Assembly (NCBI GenBank): GCA_964036045.1 | Contig: OZ038379.1 | Coordinates: forward strand, 4,712,001 to 4,776,000 | Source: Eutreptiella sp. 'Long Island Sound 2002' | Lineage: Eukaryota > Protista > Euglenida | Length of the DNA stretch: 64,000 nt | Direction: 5' to 3' | Shown: positions 1 through 13,240 of the stretch, piece after piece | Position numbering within the stretch: position 1 is the stretch's first letter | Layout of the letters: each line of letters begins with the position of its first letter | Notes under the pieces: generated by a model | The model's database searches: none | Told to the model about the DNA's origin: nothing | What the model saw: only the letters and a program-made list of their open reading frames with translations | Translations under genes and position numbers: made by a program

Positions 1-907
1 AATGTGAGGGTTTTTCGTTCTCAATGGCCAGGGTGCAAACAAAAACACATCCAGAGGGGGTGTAAAGCCTGATTAGGGTGATTAAGGAGAACATCCAGAG
101 GGAGGCGGGCAGTTTCACAGGGGCGGGGGGTCCCAGAGACAGCACGGAAACAGCCATGGTACAAAATTTGAGGAAGGTGTCAAGTAATAAACAAGCCTCA
201 GGTCAGGGGGGGGGGGATGCGATTCGCATCTTTTCGCATTTTCCGCATTTTTCCGCATTTTTTTCCAATCCCGGCGACCGCATTGCCCCCCCCCCCCTGA
301 CAGGTGCCACTGTCTGTACAGGGGAGACCCAACAGTCACAGTGGTCAAACTGGTGCGATGCAGTGATTGTTCATCTCTCTGTATGCTGGCCACTTTTGGG
401 TCCTGCCCTCACCACCTGGGCAACACCCTCAACACGCCTCCCCTTCCCATGTGGCCCCCGTCCTCGTGCTCTCCCTGCAATGGCAGCCCATGCTGGACGC
501 CAGGCAACTCATCCGTAGCGCATGCGGCCCCAATGTCTCCAGGGAAATTGAGGGTGACTGTACGGATCAGAGGTGGCTGACCCCTTTGTGTTTTGGGGTG
601 AGGTTGCCCTCCAGCTCCTGCGTGCAGTCCTGAAAGACCTACAGCTTTGAAAGTGACAAAGACCTCAAAGGACGTGTTCAACTTCAGGCTGGGGGCACCG
701 AGTCGGCACCCATGTGACTGGTGCCACACCAAGTGTCTGAATGCTTGAAGTCAGACCATGTCATACATCGTGTCAGAAGTAGGGGTATCGATATCAAGGA
801 AAGCCATTTTTCCGGAACACAGACCCCCAACGTCCATAGTGCAGCACGTGCCTTCCATTGTGCACGGCCCCTGGTCTCAATGTACAGTGTGCTTTGTTGC
901 CCTGCAG

Positions 908-3900
908 GAGAGAAGTGGCGTTCTGTCGGAGGAGGCCCAAGGTCGGCTCGACATGATGGAGGCACAATTGGCAGAACAACAAGAAGCGTTTGCCCAAGAG
1001 GAGTCCCGACAGGAGGCGGCCAGGGCACAATTTCTACAAGAAGCCACGCAGCTCGAGGACAATGAGGGGGAAGGGCGCAACATCATCAAGTTCAACGAGA
1101 TGCACAAGCATTTGAAGACGTGGTATGCCGTCTGTGAGTACTTGCGTGCTTTGCCCATCGTAGTCCAAGTTGGGGGCGAGAATACGAAGCATTTACAGTG
1201 CACGTTGGCGTGACGAACCATTTGACAGCAATGCCAAAAGGGGCACCTGAAGGAGCCATCTCAATTTTTCTTTGCCCGTTAAGGACAGCATTTGATGGCG
1301 CATTGGGAGCAGGGCAGAGCTGTTTTTTTTTCCCGCAAAGCACTGTACAAGACAGGTGTGCCAACGGGCCAGAAAGCAGCTGAAGAACCCGAACGTGCCG
1401 TGGAGTGCCGGACAGGAAGTGCAACCAAGTCAGTATTTTTCACAGTTGGCACACTCAAGCAATTCTTGCTGCGTGTGTTCGGCTGAGATTTGTCGCGTTG
1501 TGTGTCTGTGGCATGCAATTTCCTCTTTCTGGTTTTGCCAATCCGCACATTCAAGGCCAGCACCTCTCCTGCATTCCGTGTCAGGTATTCTTGTGCTGAC
1601 GCCCCGCTGAAAATTCGCAGCGGGTCACTGGAGGCTGCGAAGGATTGGGGCGGATTGGTTCATCAGTTCCAAGTCGCCGAGCTGCAGCTGCGCACCCAAA
1701 TGGTGGAGCAGGAGACCATTGCGGCGGAGGACATTTTGGGTGTCCTCAAGGAGCGAGTGCAGGTGACTGAGCTGCAGGAGGCGGAGCTGGAAGGCCGCAC
1801 AGACATTTTGCAGGAGCAGGGCTCCTTTGCTGACAGCGTGATGAAAGACAACGCGAGTTTGCAAACGTTGGTGACTCAGCAAGTGGAGTTCTTTCAGGCG
1901 GAGGACAAGGATCGTGATATTGTGCTCAATGCGGAGGTTGACGCAAGACTCGGTGTCCGAGAAGCGGAGTACAACAGTCGAATTACGCATCAACGAGAAG
2001 ATCTCCGTAAACGGCAATTGAAGCAGAGGGCGGCTGCGATCAAGATCCAAACCACATGGCGAGGGTATGAGGCCCGCAAGACGACGAAGTTATTGGCTCG
2101 TCAGAAACTGCGAGGCCAGAAGCAAAGGGAAGCTTTGGATCGGATCAGAGCGCAGGTGGACCTGTTGAATACCGAAGAGCTCAATGGCCGAATGGCAATT
2201 GAAGCTTCAGAAGCAGAGCAGCTGCAAGATTGGTATCAGGTATGTCACAAAGACATTCAGATGTCTGCTTAGTTGCAGCCGCAGGCTGGGTTTTTGGCCC
2301 GTGCATCCGTTTGATTCTGTGATTACATTGTTTTGTCGTATGGTTGGTGTTGGTTCCATAAAACAACATGTAATTTCTCAAGACTACCCAGTTTATGTCA
2401 TGTTGTGCCCGCCCCCTCATTTTCATAATATAAAATTGTCATATTGACTTTCTGGAGCAGCGTGTTTTGGCAGCATGAATTCTTGTTTCTGTGAAGGGGC
2501 TCAGTTGAATTTCAGCATGCATTTGACAGCAGCACGAGCAGTGTGTCTGAAAATGTAGCACAACTGGCAGCTGTTCACCGCAAGCAGGTCAGGGCATTGC
2601 GGAACATGCACCTCAGATCGCACCAGTAGTACAGATTTCCTCCACGTGCTTTGGCGTATTGCGGCGTGTCTGCCTGATGATGTTTGCTGTTCAGGTGCAC
2701 AGCGAGCAATGGGGACAAATTGTTGCGGAGTATGACGAGAGGCAGAATCGTTTGGCCGTTGAGGAGCGAACAAGGATCTGCTCCCAACTGAACCAGTTTG
2801 AGCAGGATCGGCTGCTGACTCAGCAGGAGAACGAACGTGCTGGGTATATCACAGAGGAGGAGATGCTCCGCATGCAGCTGCTGCAGGGCCGCGAGACGGA
2901 TTTCATTATCACGCAGGTCCCGCTTTCATTTGGATATCTCGTCCATTGCCGGTCATTCGTAGAAGATACGCCTTTGCTGTTTCGTGCTGTGTGAAGCGGC
3001 ATGTATGCAACTCTGTACCCCCCGCCCCCAATTTCTTTGGATCCACGTCGAACATGGACAAACCACGCACGTGTCATCCACACACAGAAAGGCAAAGGCA
3101 CACCCCCAACGCAGAGGCAGAAGCAAAAAGGTCGCAGCGTCCCAATTCAGGTTCCGCTCGATTACCTGTCAGTCTCAGGCAACCCAGGCATCGAACCATC
3201 GAGTAGTCCGACTTCAGCCCCCTACTGTTACCCGGGCAATTGCAGAGAGATTGCAGGCATTCCCTGGGAACGTGGGGCTGGTTCGCTCCCTCCGCCCCAA
3301 CAAATGAAGGGATGGAGGCTGCCCTGAACCTGTCAGGCATCACTTCTCCAGCAGAATCCATTCCATGTGTCCCTCACCACAAGTGCGTTAGATGTGCACG
3401 GGGCACTCCACTGAAGTGAAGAAATCGTTTGAGCACAGTGGCGCGCAGGGCTGCACGACGTGCCCGCACCGACACGATTGGCGATCACGGACTCCCTTCG
3501 CCACCAGATTGCTGACCTGGCCAGTCCTCCGGCACCGCCTCTCGGCCTCACAACTGTGGCCCGTCCCAGAGGAGTATTTGATTCGGGGCTAAATGGGGGT
3601 CATTTCTGTCTCAATCGCCTTCCACTTTCACCGTGGCCTTTCCCGCCCTGGGATTTTCTGCTTTCATGTCTGCCTTTTCACCATGTTGCCCTGTGCATGC
3701 CCCCGTTTGTGTGGGGCAGGAAGACCACACAACTGAATTACAGGCACACCATCACATCAGTGAGGGCGCATTGCGCCTGCTCCCGTCAATTGGTCAGGTT
3801 TTGTTGTGCTGGCGGCCCGCATTTTCCGTCTGGCCTGCAGATGAACATTCATGAAAGGACGGATCTGAAGAATGCGGAGATTGAGCTTCGCCGAGAGCTT

Positions 3901-6900
3901 CTGATCGAGGAAGTGGAGAATTTCTGGGGGATCCTCATCGCTGAATGGGGCACCCCCGCGGTCCCAGACTACGACAGCGGCCGGTGGACTCTGGAGCGGG
4001 AGAAGCGCCACCGGGTTGATCTGCGCCGCGAAGAAAGGGAAGAAAGGGAATACATCTACAAGTTGCGGTGGGCCGAGCTCACGTACCTGCTACGCATTCC
4101 GAACGAGAAGGCAACCATCATCCAGACCGCCTGGCGTGGCCACGTGGCACGGCGCGACGTGGAGCAGAAGAAGCGCCAGGCGCACTACGCCAACCAGATT
4201 CTGCAGAACAACAAGGAAGTGCAGGAGCTTGAAGCCCGGGCACGAGCTGAGATCGAGGACACGAGAGAGGTATGCTCAGTGTGCATCTGGGCTCGGGCCT
4301 GCAGTGTCCGATGGGTGAGGGGCTTTGCGAAAGGGATGCCCTTGGGGGATCGACCACGGACAGGATGTCACGCCAAGGCCTCAAAGTGTAGGTGCTCAAC
4401 AGAGAGCACGTCGGGCGCATGTGGTTCGGATAATGCATGCAATGCACTAGTGGTTGCTGAAGCTGTTTGACCAATCTGGTGACCCCAGCCCTCCCATAGC
4501 GTGGGAGGGACGCCAAGGGGCAGAAGCAGCTCTTGTGACTAGAGAAGTGTCCTACTCTCACCACATAGAAATAATTTCCCACGGTCATGAGGCTGCCCTG
4601 TGCGTGGCCAACAGAGTGATGGTTGTGCTTGTGGGGAGGGCCAATGGCCCTGCTCAGTTTCATAAGTTCAGCCTAATGTAATCCCAGTGGATTTAAGGTG
4701 GGAGACCACCAGGACCACTTTTTGAAGGTTGGTTTTGATGTCCAAAGCAACCCCCATTTTGTGGGAAATCATTCCTGAATAACAACCAACCTGCAAAAAC
4801 CCACCTTGGAGACAAACACAAAATAACAGCACCACACATTGGTGGGGGGATGGCATATATATTATTACACCCCTCTCCCCTTAAATCTAGCTAACAAGCA
4901 ACAAGGAACAAGCAACAAGCACTTCTCCGTTCCGTTTTGGCCATCACACCTTCTCAACGCTACAAGCTCTACTCTACTCTAGCCATCCTAGAGCACAACA
5001 CAGCTCTAGGGTACACCACAAGTGCACTACTTGGTGCATTAATGTGGCTAGATGGGCTAAAATGGGTCAAAATGGGCTGAAAGTGGGTGCAAATATCTTG
5101 GTAGAGCAACCCAAATGGGCCAATATCATTTTTGGAAAAACACATATTTCACCCATTTTTGACACTACTTTTGTTACAAAATGGCCCATTTTCAAGGTCC
5201 TTTGGGACTTTAAAGGGGCCAAAATGGCTCAAAACGGGCTCAAAATGTTTCACTTGATCGTGCACCCCAAATGGTCCATGATCACTTCTGGAGAAAACAC
5301 TTTTTTGACCCGTTTTTGACCCATCTTTGGTCCCAAAACGGCCCATTTTCAAGGCATATTGGAATTTTCCATGGGCCAACACGTGTCAGTGTGTGGCTGA
5401 AACTGCGCGCCTCGTTTTACGAGGCGCAAATTGGGCTCGGCGCGCGCCTCGTTAGCGCCAACCCCCCCCCCCCCCCCGGAAGCACCGCCTTGTATGTGGA
5501 CCTCCCTCAGCTTCGGCTCGCTTCACTGGATGCAGGGGACAACCCCGCACCCCCCTGAAATAACAAGACTCCTGTGGTGGCTACTGACCGCCTTTTGTGT
5601 GCACCGCCTTCTGTGTGTACCGCCTTGTGTATACACCGCCTTGTATGTGGACTACGGCTCGCTCCGCTCAATGCGGGGGACACCCCCGCACCTCCCTTAA
5701 ATAACAAGACTCCTGCGGTGGCTACAGACCGCCTTTTGTGTGCACCGCCTTGCACGTGTGCTTTTACTTCCCCTCTCCACGATAACTCCACGATATGTCC
5801 GAGAAACGGCCAAAAAATGGCCCAAACATCGCGCCAGATTGTGGGTACTTTGTGTCAACCAACCCCAAAACCAAGAAGAGGCCGTATCTTGGACTCCGTG
5901 GCTCAAATCTGAAATCCGAGGGCACCTAGTCCACCCACAACCTGCCACTTTCTGTGGTTTTCAAGCCTTAGAATTGCCCAACGAGACGCCTAGAGCCCCG
6001 TGCCAGTAGTCGCTTGCTGCAGCTCGAGGGTAGCCTAGGCCACGCATGGTGGGGGCCAACGGTGGGTCCAGCAAGGTCGGTCCCTAGGGCGAAAAAAAAT
6101 ACTTTTTCTAAAAATGTTCCTAGAACACTTGGGATCATAGTTTGACTGAGACCGCGCGCCTCGTTTAACGAGGCGCGCCGGGGGGGGGGGGGGGGGGGCG
6201 CTAACGAGGCGCGCGCGGGGGGGATTTGGCGCACTAACGAGACGCGGGGGGGGGGGGGGGTTGGCGCGACTGTCTGGCTCACATGCTGGACAGTTGTTTT
6301 CCTTTGAGCCCCTTATGTCTGTCACCGTGTGTATAGGTTCTTTTACCTCAATGAGTCTTGTTATTTAAGGGGGGGTGCGGGGGGGTCCCCCGCACCCTTT
6401 ATGAGTGTGCAGTGTACTTTACCATGTTCGCGGCCGCGAGCTCCAAGCTGAGTGCCTGTTATGCACCTGAGCGCAACAAGTGGTTGGACCTGATGGTGCC
6501 GTGCACGAGTGCTTGACTAGGGAGCACCTTGGGGACTACGGCTGTGACGCTGCTGGTTTGGCGGCGGACCCTGTCACCTTGGAGCGGTACCATGAAGCCG
6601 AGCTGATGCACGCCCGCTGTGCCATGCTGGACGCCTTGGGGTGCTTGACGCCCGAGCTGCTTGGCAAGGCGGGGTTCCCCATAGCTGAGACTGTGTGGTT
6701 CAAGGCTGGATTCCAGATCTTCTCCGAGAGTGGCCTGGACTACCTGGACAACTCCGGCCTGGCCCACGCCCGGTTGATTCTGGCCATTCGGGGGTGCCAG
6801 GTTGTGTTGATGGGCACCGTGGAGTCGTACCATTTGAAAGGTGGTCCCTTCGGTGAGGCCAGCGAGCTGCTGTACCTTGGAGGCACCTTCGACCCCCTGA

Positions 6901-9722
6901 GACCCTGAGACCCTGAGACCCTGAGACCCTGGCTGAGCCGAAGGTGAAGGAGATCAAGAACAGCCAATTGGCCGTGTCCTCCGTGTTCGGCTACTACGTG
7001 CAGGCCGCCGTGACCGGTGGGGGCCCATCCTCTGCTGGTGCCGTGGCAGGGTGTTTGACTGGGGGGCACCTTGGGGACTATAGCTGGGACACTGCTGGGC
7101 TGGCGCATGCAAGGGATGTAAGTTTTCTTTTTCGTGTGGGTTGTGTATTGTCGGTTGTTTGTTGTCTGTAGTTTTGCTGAACCGTGTCTACTCCACGGTA
7201 TAATATCAGTGATGATGCGCCGGGCACTGGGCGTACTTCGCAGCACCACAAAATAAACACAACGGTGGTCATACCGCCGGCTGCGGGGTACGCTTGGGCC
7301 GGGCACTTTTGCCAAGGGCCCCGGAGGTGCACTGGCTCGCGGGCAACGGTGCTGCCTATTTTCTTGCCCCGTTGGCGTATTTATCTGTTTGTTTTTACTG
7401 TATATATCTGCCTTTGCGGCGCCGCCCCGATTTTGTCGGCTTGTGTGGCTCGAAAGCCGCCCTCAGTGTGTGGTCTGGGCGGGTATATCACAGGCTTGGG
7501 CTAGTACGTGACCACGTTTGCGGGAAGTCTTCCCTACGTGCGTCCGTTTTTACTATGGTTGAGTGCAGCGGTTAGTATTGCACTGCAGATGCTGATCTTC
7601 TGGGGTGTGCTGTTTGACGCAGATGTTTTGTGGCAAACGAGGCACACGCGGGGGGGGGGGGGGGGTTGGCACTGACGAGGCGTGTAGTCCACATACAAGT
7701 CCGTGCATTCACAAGGCGGTGCACATACAAGCCGGTGCATACACAAGGCGGCCTGTAGCCACCGCAAGAGTCTTGTTATTTAAGGGGCCAGCGGTACACA
7801 CACAAGGCGGTGCATGCAAAAGGCAGTATGTAGCCACCACAGGAGTCTTGTTATTTAAGGGGCCACAGGCAAGGCGGTACACACACAGTGTAGCAACCGT
7901 TTCCCTTCGTTTGTCCGTTTTGAATGGGTTCCACAGCCGTTTTTGGTCAAAAACGGCTGTTTTAAGGCACAAAACGCGCAGTTTTGGGAAGGCGCCTCCC
8001 AACTTGGCTCCAACGCCCCGGGGTGCCAGCCGGTGAATTTTTGGCTCAAAACTTGGATTTGGCAAGGGCACCACCTGGGCTCTAGGATGGCTAGATTGTC
8101 AAGGGATCCGAAGCGTTGGGACAGAGTGATGGCCAAAACGGAATGGAGATATGCTTGCTTGTTGTAAGCTAGATTTAAGGGGAGAGGGGTGTAGTAACAT
8201 ATATGCCATTATGTTATTATTATTATTGCTGCAAAAGTACAATTTCCAACATATGTGGGTGGAGGGACCCATATGGACTGGAACTGTTTTTGAAAAACCC
8301 TTTTTCCCTTTCCCGTTTTTCCGACACCTATTTTCCCCTGGATCGTCCTAGGTGCACCAATATGTGAACTATGAGAAATTTTGCTGGGTACATCCCAGTA
8401 CTGCTCAGTGTCACTGTAACGGTCATTGCAGGTGACGCTGTGCCGTGTGTTGCTGCTAATTAAATGCTGTCATTGTGTCATCGCTTTCATTGCCATTGCT
8501 ACTGACGGAGCTTGAGGAGTCACTGGAGACACCACCGAAGGAGTGCAAAGTGGTGTCTCCATCAGACTGGGAGGGGGGTGCCAGTTGCTGTGTACATCTC
8601 TCACCTTTTGCTTTTCAACCCCTGTCTCTACCCTGCATTTTGACCAATTGCTGCTCTGATTATTTGCATGTTTGCGGTCTGCAGATGGAGTTGGCAGCGG
8701 CGCAGGATGCTGAAGAGGAGGACTGGACCCGGACACATGTTCGGGCCATTGAAAGGTGCTACATGGCCTACAAGACCCGTCAGACCATCAACGAGCTGGT
8801 GCGCAAGAACCAGAGGACACTGATGCCAACCGGCCAGGATCTGTTTTACAACCCACCCGGTGCCTACATGGATCAAAGCCAAGCTGCGTACAACCAACAA
8901 AGCCAAGCTCAGTATCCACAACAGATGATGGCGCAGCAGGCATACTTCATGCCTGGGTATCAGATGCCTGTTTCCCAGATGGGTGGGTATGGTGCCATGA
9001 TGGTGCCAATGCAGGCCCAGGACCCCAACCAGCAGATGCAAATGCAACAGATGCAGGTGTGCACACTCTCTGCCTGACAGTTGACATTTGTGTTGATTGG
9101 GGTAAAGACCAGATGCAGTGAAATGAATGTCAGACGCAGGGTGTGGCACAAGAAAGCTTTTCTTTGTTTGATTTGGGAAAAGACCACATGCGCACCACCC
9201 ACAGCGTACCTCCACATTGTTCTCAGGAGCTCGCACCACAACTCCACCCTTCGAACTGGCCTGACAAGGGGGCCTCTGAGTCCAGCCCCAAGTTGGCACC
9301 CACGGACAACACAGAACGGCACGCCCAGCTCACTCAGTGGAATAAGGTCAGACGCAGGGTCCGGCGAAAGAAGGCCTTGCTTTGATTCGTCAAAAGACCA
9401 GATGTAGTGAAATGACATTTTTTTACATTGGCCCGGTGTGTGACACACTGCATAGCTGGGAAAATGAAAAAAAAAAATTCATTTTTTCCCCGTGATAGAC
9501 ACCATTGAAAAAGCAGGTTCGCATGCTCTTCAGTCATCTCATGCTGCAGCATGCCCTGTTTATCAGTGTGGCGCACATGGTTCTTTCCAATATCTTTTGC
9601 AGATGCAGCAGATGCAGCAGATGGAACAGATGCAACAAATGCAGCAGATGGAGCAGATGGACCAGATGCAGCAGTACGGCACAGGTGCAGGGCCCTCAGG
9701 TTCAGGATTTTCAGGTTATTGA
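908..9722 (+). CDS. Multi-exon coiled-coil protein with IQ (calmodulin-binding-type) motifs and Gln/Met-rich C-terminal tail; 5' end unresolved
   Basis: Phase-consistent GT-AG exons 908-1122, 1621-2239, 2695-2916, (3151-3271, 3449-3573 less certain), 3841-4269, 8685-9056, 9603-9722 (stop). IQ motifs [11 protein letters not shown] and [11 protein letters not shown], degenerate [12 protein letters not shown]; E/Q/R-rich helical segments. Confidence 0.8.
1621..2239 (+). CDS. IQ-protein exon containing the first IQ motif
   Basis: cgcag acceptor, CAG|gtatgt donor; encodes [17 protein letters not shown] (ORF 1490..2272). Confidence 0.85.
3841..4269 (+). CDS. IQ-protein exon containing the second IQ motif
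   Basis: ctgcag acceptor, GAG|gtatgc donor, 143 codons; [16 protein letters not shown]. Confidence 0.85.
4850..4995 (+). repeat. Left arm of a roughly 140-bp inverted repeat pair (partner 8078-8209)
   Basis: atggcatatat...cccctctccccttaaatctagct...ccgttttggccatcac...ctagccatcctagagc matches the reverse complement of 8078-8209. Confidence 0.85.
5030..6010. mobile_element. Composite of family C fragments (5030-5380, 5780-6010) and the left part of family B (5405-5770)
   Basis: aaaatgggtcaaaa/ccaaaatggctc subrepeats as in 26800-27400; 5780-6010 matches 28030-28250; hairpin at 5405-5427 plus aaataacaagactcct units as in 16960-17640. Confidence 0.75.
6143..6400 (-). mobile_element. Family B right end (reverse orientation) with perfect terminal hairpin
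   Basis: gtttgactgagaccGCGCGCCTCGTTTAACGAGGCGCGC is the reverse complement of 17843-17880; followed by GC-rich subrepeats and one reversed minisatellite unit. Confidence 0.8.
6421..7115 (+). pseudogene. lhcb: Intronless, degenerate LHCII (chlorophyll a/b-binding) polyprotein fragment: linker remnant + one unit + start of a second unit
   Basis: MFAAASSK linker-like start; ERNKWL; [14 protein letters not shown]; [10 protein letters not shown]; WFKAGFQIF; GGTFDPL; KVKEIKN; [11 protein letters not shown]; second [11 protein letters not shown]. Frameshift near 6490; (CCTGAGAC)x4 expansion with stop near 6900-6930; many non-conservative changes. Confidence 0.92.
7625..7990 (-). mobile_element. Family B minisatellite units (7625-7900) joined to a family C fragment (7905-7990), reverse orientation
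   Basis: gagtcttgttatttaagggg units reversed; 7905-7990 matches the reverse complement of 27890-27970. Confidence 0.75.
8078..8209 (-). repeat. Right arm of the inverted repeat pair (partner 4850-4995)
   Basis: Reverse complement aligns with 4850-4995 at roughly 80% identity with indels (by eye). Confidence 0.85.
8685..9056 (+). CDS. IQ-protein exon, degenerate IQ motif and start of Q/M/Y/P-rich tail
   Basis: ctgcag|ATG ... CAG|gtgtgc, phase 0, joins exon 3841-4269 in frame (EDTRE|MELAAAQ). Confidence 0.8.
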
Positions 9723-12700
9723 TACCCATCCTGCTGATGGGGTTCCCAGTGCACCTACTATCTCTTGTTTGCATCCTTTTCCCTGTTAACTTTCTAACCC
9801 ATGCCACTCACCAATGCACATTAACACATTTGTTCTCCAGAAGTTATAGTCATAAGTTTAGCAATATTTGTGAGCAGTCTAACCCCACTTCATAGCTGTT
9901 CTGGTTTGCACAGAAACTTGAACAACCAGATGTCTGCAGCCCCAGGTCATTTGTGGCGTGCCACAGAGTCTGGCATTCATTGAATGCTCTCATTCCGTGG
10001 CACTTCGTGCATGAATGTATGTCCTTGTCAAAGCTTGCGTATTTGAGGCGCAGGTCACTGTTTTGACCTGCAGTGCTGCAAAACCTTTTCTCCCATGGCC
10101 TGTTTCCTTTCCCCTGTCTCAACAGTATGTTTGAAGATTTCATTTGCAGCGCATCATCTGACTTGCAACTCTGTTCAGCCTTGCAGATATGTCGCAGGGG
10201 AAAAGCTGTGCTCAGCACAACCTGTTCGTTGTATTTCGATAGGTGTGATCCCTGATAAGATCCTTTGTTCTAGTCAATGCAACTAACTTTGTATATTGTA
10301 TTGATGCTGTTGAACCCGCATACCACGTCCATTTCCATTTCCATTTCCATTTCAATTGTCTGGATTTGCTTACCCCCAGACCGAGGGTTGTGGGAATGGG
10401 AATCAATTAACCCTCTTTTTTGACCTTCCCCAGCCCCATCTTTCTCCCTTTTTCAAGATGAAAGTTTGACCAGCAGTTTGGCCTCAGCTTGCATTGTTTT
10501 TGTGTTTTCCAGTGGAAGGTGCCACAAAGGGGTGGCAGACAATCCAGTGACCCACAATTGTCTGCATCTTTATCATCTTGTTGCCGTTGGCCACACATCT
10601 TGTGATTGCCAAGATGTGATGTTTGCCACCTTTTTTGTTGGTGGAGTGGTATCCCGGCTCTGCTGCGTACTTGTGGGCAAAGTTCGCTTTCGTGATCGCG
10701 AGCACAAACTTCTTGATGCCATGCCCGGGATTTTGCATTGTAATTTTGATGGAACCACCCGAGCCTGTGCCAGTGATGAGCGTTTGCAAGTGATCTTGGT
10801 TTCGGTCAGACATCTATGGGAGGGATTTGATATTGCCGAACCATTGGAACAGCATTTCATCATTCTCTGGGAATGCCATGCACACAGTGCGAAGTTTTGG
10901 ATGTCGGCAAATACTCGCACCCTAGCTACCTTTTGGTGGTAAAACATTGATCCTGTGCCCTTGGTTTCCTATAAAGGAAAAATGCTTCCACAAATAGTCA
11001 AATATTTTTGGATTGTTCATTTTTCTGAGATGGATTCCGAGGAAATAATATGGTCACCACCGACCGTATTACTTGGGTGAGTATCCCAACCTCTGCGTGC
11101 GCAGTATGCACGTAGTGCCCACGCAGTGCAAGAACTTTCCCTCTCTCTGACCATTTCCGTGAAAGTTGCCTGTGTGCAACCACCACAATTGGCTTCAGGT
11201 TGCGAATGTCGCGAAAGCAAAAAAGATGCACTGTTTAGCGGTATGGACTGCTGTGCAATGTTTTTGGCTGTTGATTTTCGCCAAGGGTGTGGTTGAATGA
11301 TTGTATCGTTGATCAACATGTGGCAGCTGAGTCCTCCATCCCTACTTTAACCTGTATTGACACCTGCTGATGGCAGGATTTTTCACTGCACCACTCTGTT
11401 GTGTCCCCCTTGTGACTCTTGGATGCCAGTGTTAGATCAGTGGCATGGTGTACAGAATTCCCCCCCATTTACTTTCTGGGTAAGAAGACATGGTGCTCAG
11501 TAGTTACATGCCTCCATGTGCCTTGCTTTTGGTGGGTGGTGTTGCAGTTCAGCACTGCTTGGCATGCTCATTTTCACATAAATTGAAAATATTGGCGGTG
11601 CTTCACATTCTGGTAGTTTTTGTAGGTAACATGTATGATTAGTGCACAGCACAACAAAAATATGAAGATGCAAAATGTGTTCAAAGTGACAAACACACAA
11701 ATTGATTTTTTGTTGCCTGTTGCATTTAAAATGTTTGACACAACAGAACAGAACAGATAAAAATATGTTGCCTAATGGAACCGTGTCGCATTTATGGCAC
11801 CATTTGAAATTGCTGGGGTGGTCCTATTTCTTCAATTGTTGCGGAAAATGAACCATGTGGAAAAGGTTGTAAATCCCTGATGCCAAGGGGTGCAAGGAAG
11901 ATAACCTGTCGGGCATGATGTAAGGTGAAGGAAATGTTTGTGAAGAACAACTCTGTTGGTTGTTGTGTATCAATGTACCACACAAATCCTAATTACCAGT
12001 GAAAATAATTTCTTCCTGGTCCAAGCCCCCCCCAAAAAAAACAAATAATTTTTAGCTGCATGTTTTTCACAAAAAGGGGGTTTGGCAAAACTAAAATTGC
12101 TATTATTTTTGCCTCGCTTGTCTTTTGCGAGAGCCCGGTCCTTTACAGACCGGTTTTGTCAAAAAGTGGTTGGGCCATGATGCAAGTTAAATCAGTGATT
12201 CAAGATTTCATGTGCCATGAGCACTTTTGTGGACAAATTGGGAAGGAGTTCGTTGAAAAACAAGTAGGCCAAAATCATCCAAAAGATTTGTTTGTTGGTG
12301 GTGTTTGTGTGACATGGAGTACTATCACAGAATCCAATTAATCCACGTTTGCATGCTTCTATGGGAATGGACTACAAACTCATAGTACAAGGTACCCAGG
12401 TGTTTTGCGCTGATAATCAAATGAATGAACCATACAGCCCCCGGAAAAATTGGGCCAAAGGGGGGGGGAATGCAAAAATGCAAAACTAATTGGACTCCGT
12501 GTTCCAAAAACAGCTTTGCAAAACTAAATTCCGCAAGAAAAAGCGCCAAAAGAAAAAATGTTTCTCTGTGCTATTGCTTGCTGCCGCGAAAATTTAAAAT
12601 ACCAAACACAAAGCTTAGGATGCCATAAATTTTTGGGATGGGGGCGCTATGTGAAAAATCACAATCGTTAGCGGAAAAATTAACTGGCATCATTGGGGAC

Positions 12701-13240
12701 TAGTGTTTGTTTCCAATCAATTCCAGGACACTTGATAGTGTGCAAGCGTACAGCGGGTTTTTTTTTAAGTCTAGCAATTTTTTGAGTGTTTTTGCAGCAT
12801 TGGTGGCACACTATTTGAGGCCAACTTTCACCACACCTTGGTTTGATGTTCGAGGGCTGTGTCGTATCAATGGCAAAAGGAGAGAGATTTGTCGATCATT
12901 GATTGCCATTATTGTCTTTTCTTGCTTGTTTGTTGTTTGAAGAGTACATTCATTACGCTTGCATCTTACAATTGTCTATGCGTTTGTTATAGTTTAATGT
13001 TGCTGGTTGCATAGCTTGCTTCGGCTACTTGTTTCAGAGAAAATAAATACGAATGTACTACTTGATTGCCTTGGCAAATAGCTTTTTGGAAACCGTGATC
13101 TGTACCTCGTATTGGGTATAATGCTTTAATTGGGTTATCGTTATATGTTGTCCTTTTTGCTTGGTAATTGGCCGGAGCCCCAAACTTGGAGTCTTAGTGA
13201 AGATAACCTTCTCAGGTAAAGGAGCAAGTTGTTGTACCAC

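Noticed and set aside
4840-8220. Classical Pack-MULE with a 9-bp TSD
   Set aside because: Flanks (ggtgggggg versus tatgttatt) do not match; kept only as a weaker hypothesis.
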